Assembly: GCA_028534125.1 (NCBI GenBank)
Contig: CM052816.1
Span: 76,634,001 to 76,698,000, forward strand
DNA from: Lama glama
Lineage: Eukaryota
DNA length: 64,000 bases
Direction of reading: 5' to 3'
A model generated the notes under the pieces. It had not been told where the DNA came from and searched no databases. It worked only from the letters and a program-made list of their open reading frames with translations. The position numbers and the translations under genes are program-made. How positions within the stretch are numbered: the first letter of the stretch is position 1; each line of letters opens with the position of its first letter. Below, piece after piece: positions 63,116 through 64,000 of this stretch.

Positions 63116-64000
63116 GCAGGTTCTCTACCATTTGTGGAATGGGGCTACTGTTAAATAAGTCCTTAACTCAAGTTATTCCCTTTACCAGCATTGAGACAGA
63201 CCAGGAGAATTCCTCTCTGCTCAGAGTAATAGGGAAAAAAGGTAGACTGGGACGGAGGTGGTGAACACGTGGCACGATACCACTTTAGAACCCTGTAATA
63301 GTATCATTGCAGATAAGAAGCATTCCTACCGATGGAAAAGATAAGCATGAACAAGGAGGCACCAGTCAAACGTGTCCCTACGCAAATCGCCCCTATTCTG
63401 AGTATTCCAGGGTTCTAAATTCTTGCCTGAATCCCTTTAAGTACTCAATGAACTACAGCAGATTTTTCTTTCTAGTGCAAAGGACATAGTCATCCTAAGA
63501 TGATTCATACAGTCTTCTGGTATACGTTTTCTCAGAGCCTTCTCAGAAACCTAAAAAAAAAAAGGTTGCACAATCTCTCCTGGTCATCTGATTCCTGTGC
63601 CGTGGAAAGGGGAAGTCCTCACATTTTTTCAGGGTGATTTGTATTAATTCCAAGATCCAAGTTAGATATCTTCACTCAAATGCAGCTAATTTCATTGACT
63701 TAGCAGAGTTTCTTTTACAACTTCCTATTCTATATTAGGCTTAAGGGGTCAAGAATATGCAATACCCTAGATACTCATCTGTTTCTGTATGTATCTTTCT
63801 TATTTCTCTTCTCAAGCTTCTATAGAAGGAAACTGCTGGTTCCTAAGAAGTAGAATAACAAACCAGCTAGGTTTAGATGGGAAGCTGTTCGTGTGACTTT
63901 TTGTCTATGTTTTTGAATTTTGCTTTGTAATCCCTCTTTTACGGTAATAACCCTTGTGTGTGCTTCCTCATTAATTTTTAGTCTTGTTCAGAGGAGTCCC

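Larger units (their letters stand above)
40779..64000 (+). other. DAB2: DAB2 intron 1 (continues past window end)
   Basis: Starts with GTGAGT. I found no sequence encoding the DAB2 N-terminus (MSNEVETS…) in the window, consistent with a long first intron. Confidence 0.72.

Noticed and set aside
1..64000. Novel multi-gene system, CRISPR array, prokaryotic or viral insert, rRNA
   Set aside because: No repeat-spacer periodicity, no gene-dense or compositionally foreign segment and no retroviral internal ORFs; the window is mammalian non-coding DNA.

Overview
Mammalian genomic DNA, most likely from a camelid (three short tRNA-derived SINEs resembling camelid vic-1, plus lineage-type L1 3' ends). 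It has two 500-N scaffold gaps (10785-11284, 34603-35102). No host protein-coding exon is supported. The ORF track is explained by L1 ORF2 remnants, microsatellites, N-gaps and chance ORFs. The central feature is a CpG-island promoter at ~40.2-40.9 kb with a TATA-like box and a short non-coding first exon ending at a GTGAGT donor (40778/40779). From memory of the human mRNA leader (…GGAAGTCATGCTCGC…GCTAGCC) I recognise it as exon 1 of DAB2 (Disabled-2), + strand; this was not checked against a database. On that reading ~1-40.2 kb is upstream flank, 40779-64000 is intron 1, and the start-codon exon lies beyond the window. The rest is a typical transposon fossil record (L1, L2, L3, MIR, MER5, hAT-Tip100, MARNA, ERVL/MaLR LTRs), several elements with readable target-site duplications and nesting. 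I see no convincing novel multi-gene system. The best leads are a perfect 23-bp-arm palindrome in intron 1, a candidate distal promoter/first exon at ~9.2-9.6 kb, and a 7-codon uORF in exon 1. Repeat family names come from recalled consensus motifs and their boundaries are approximate.
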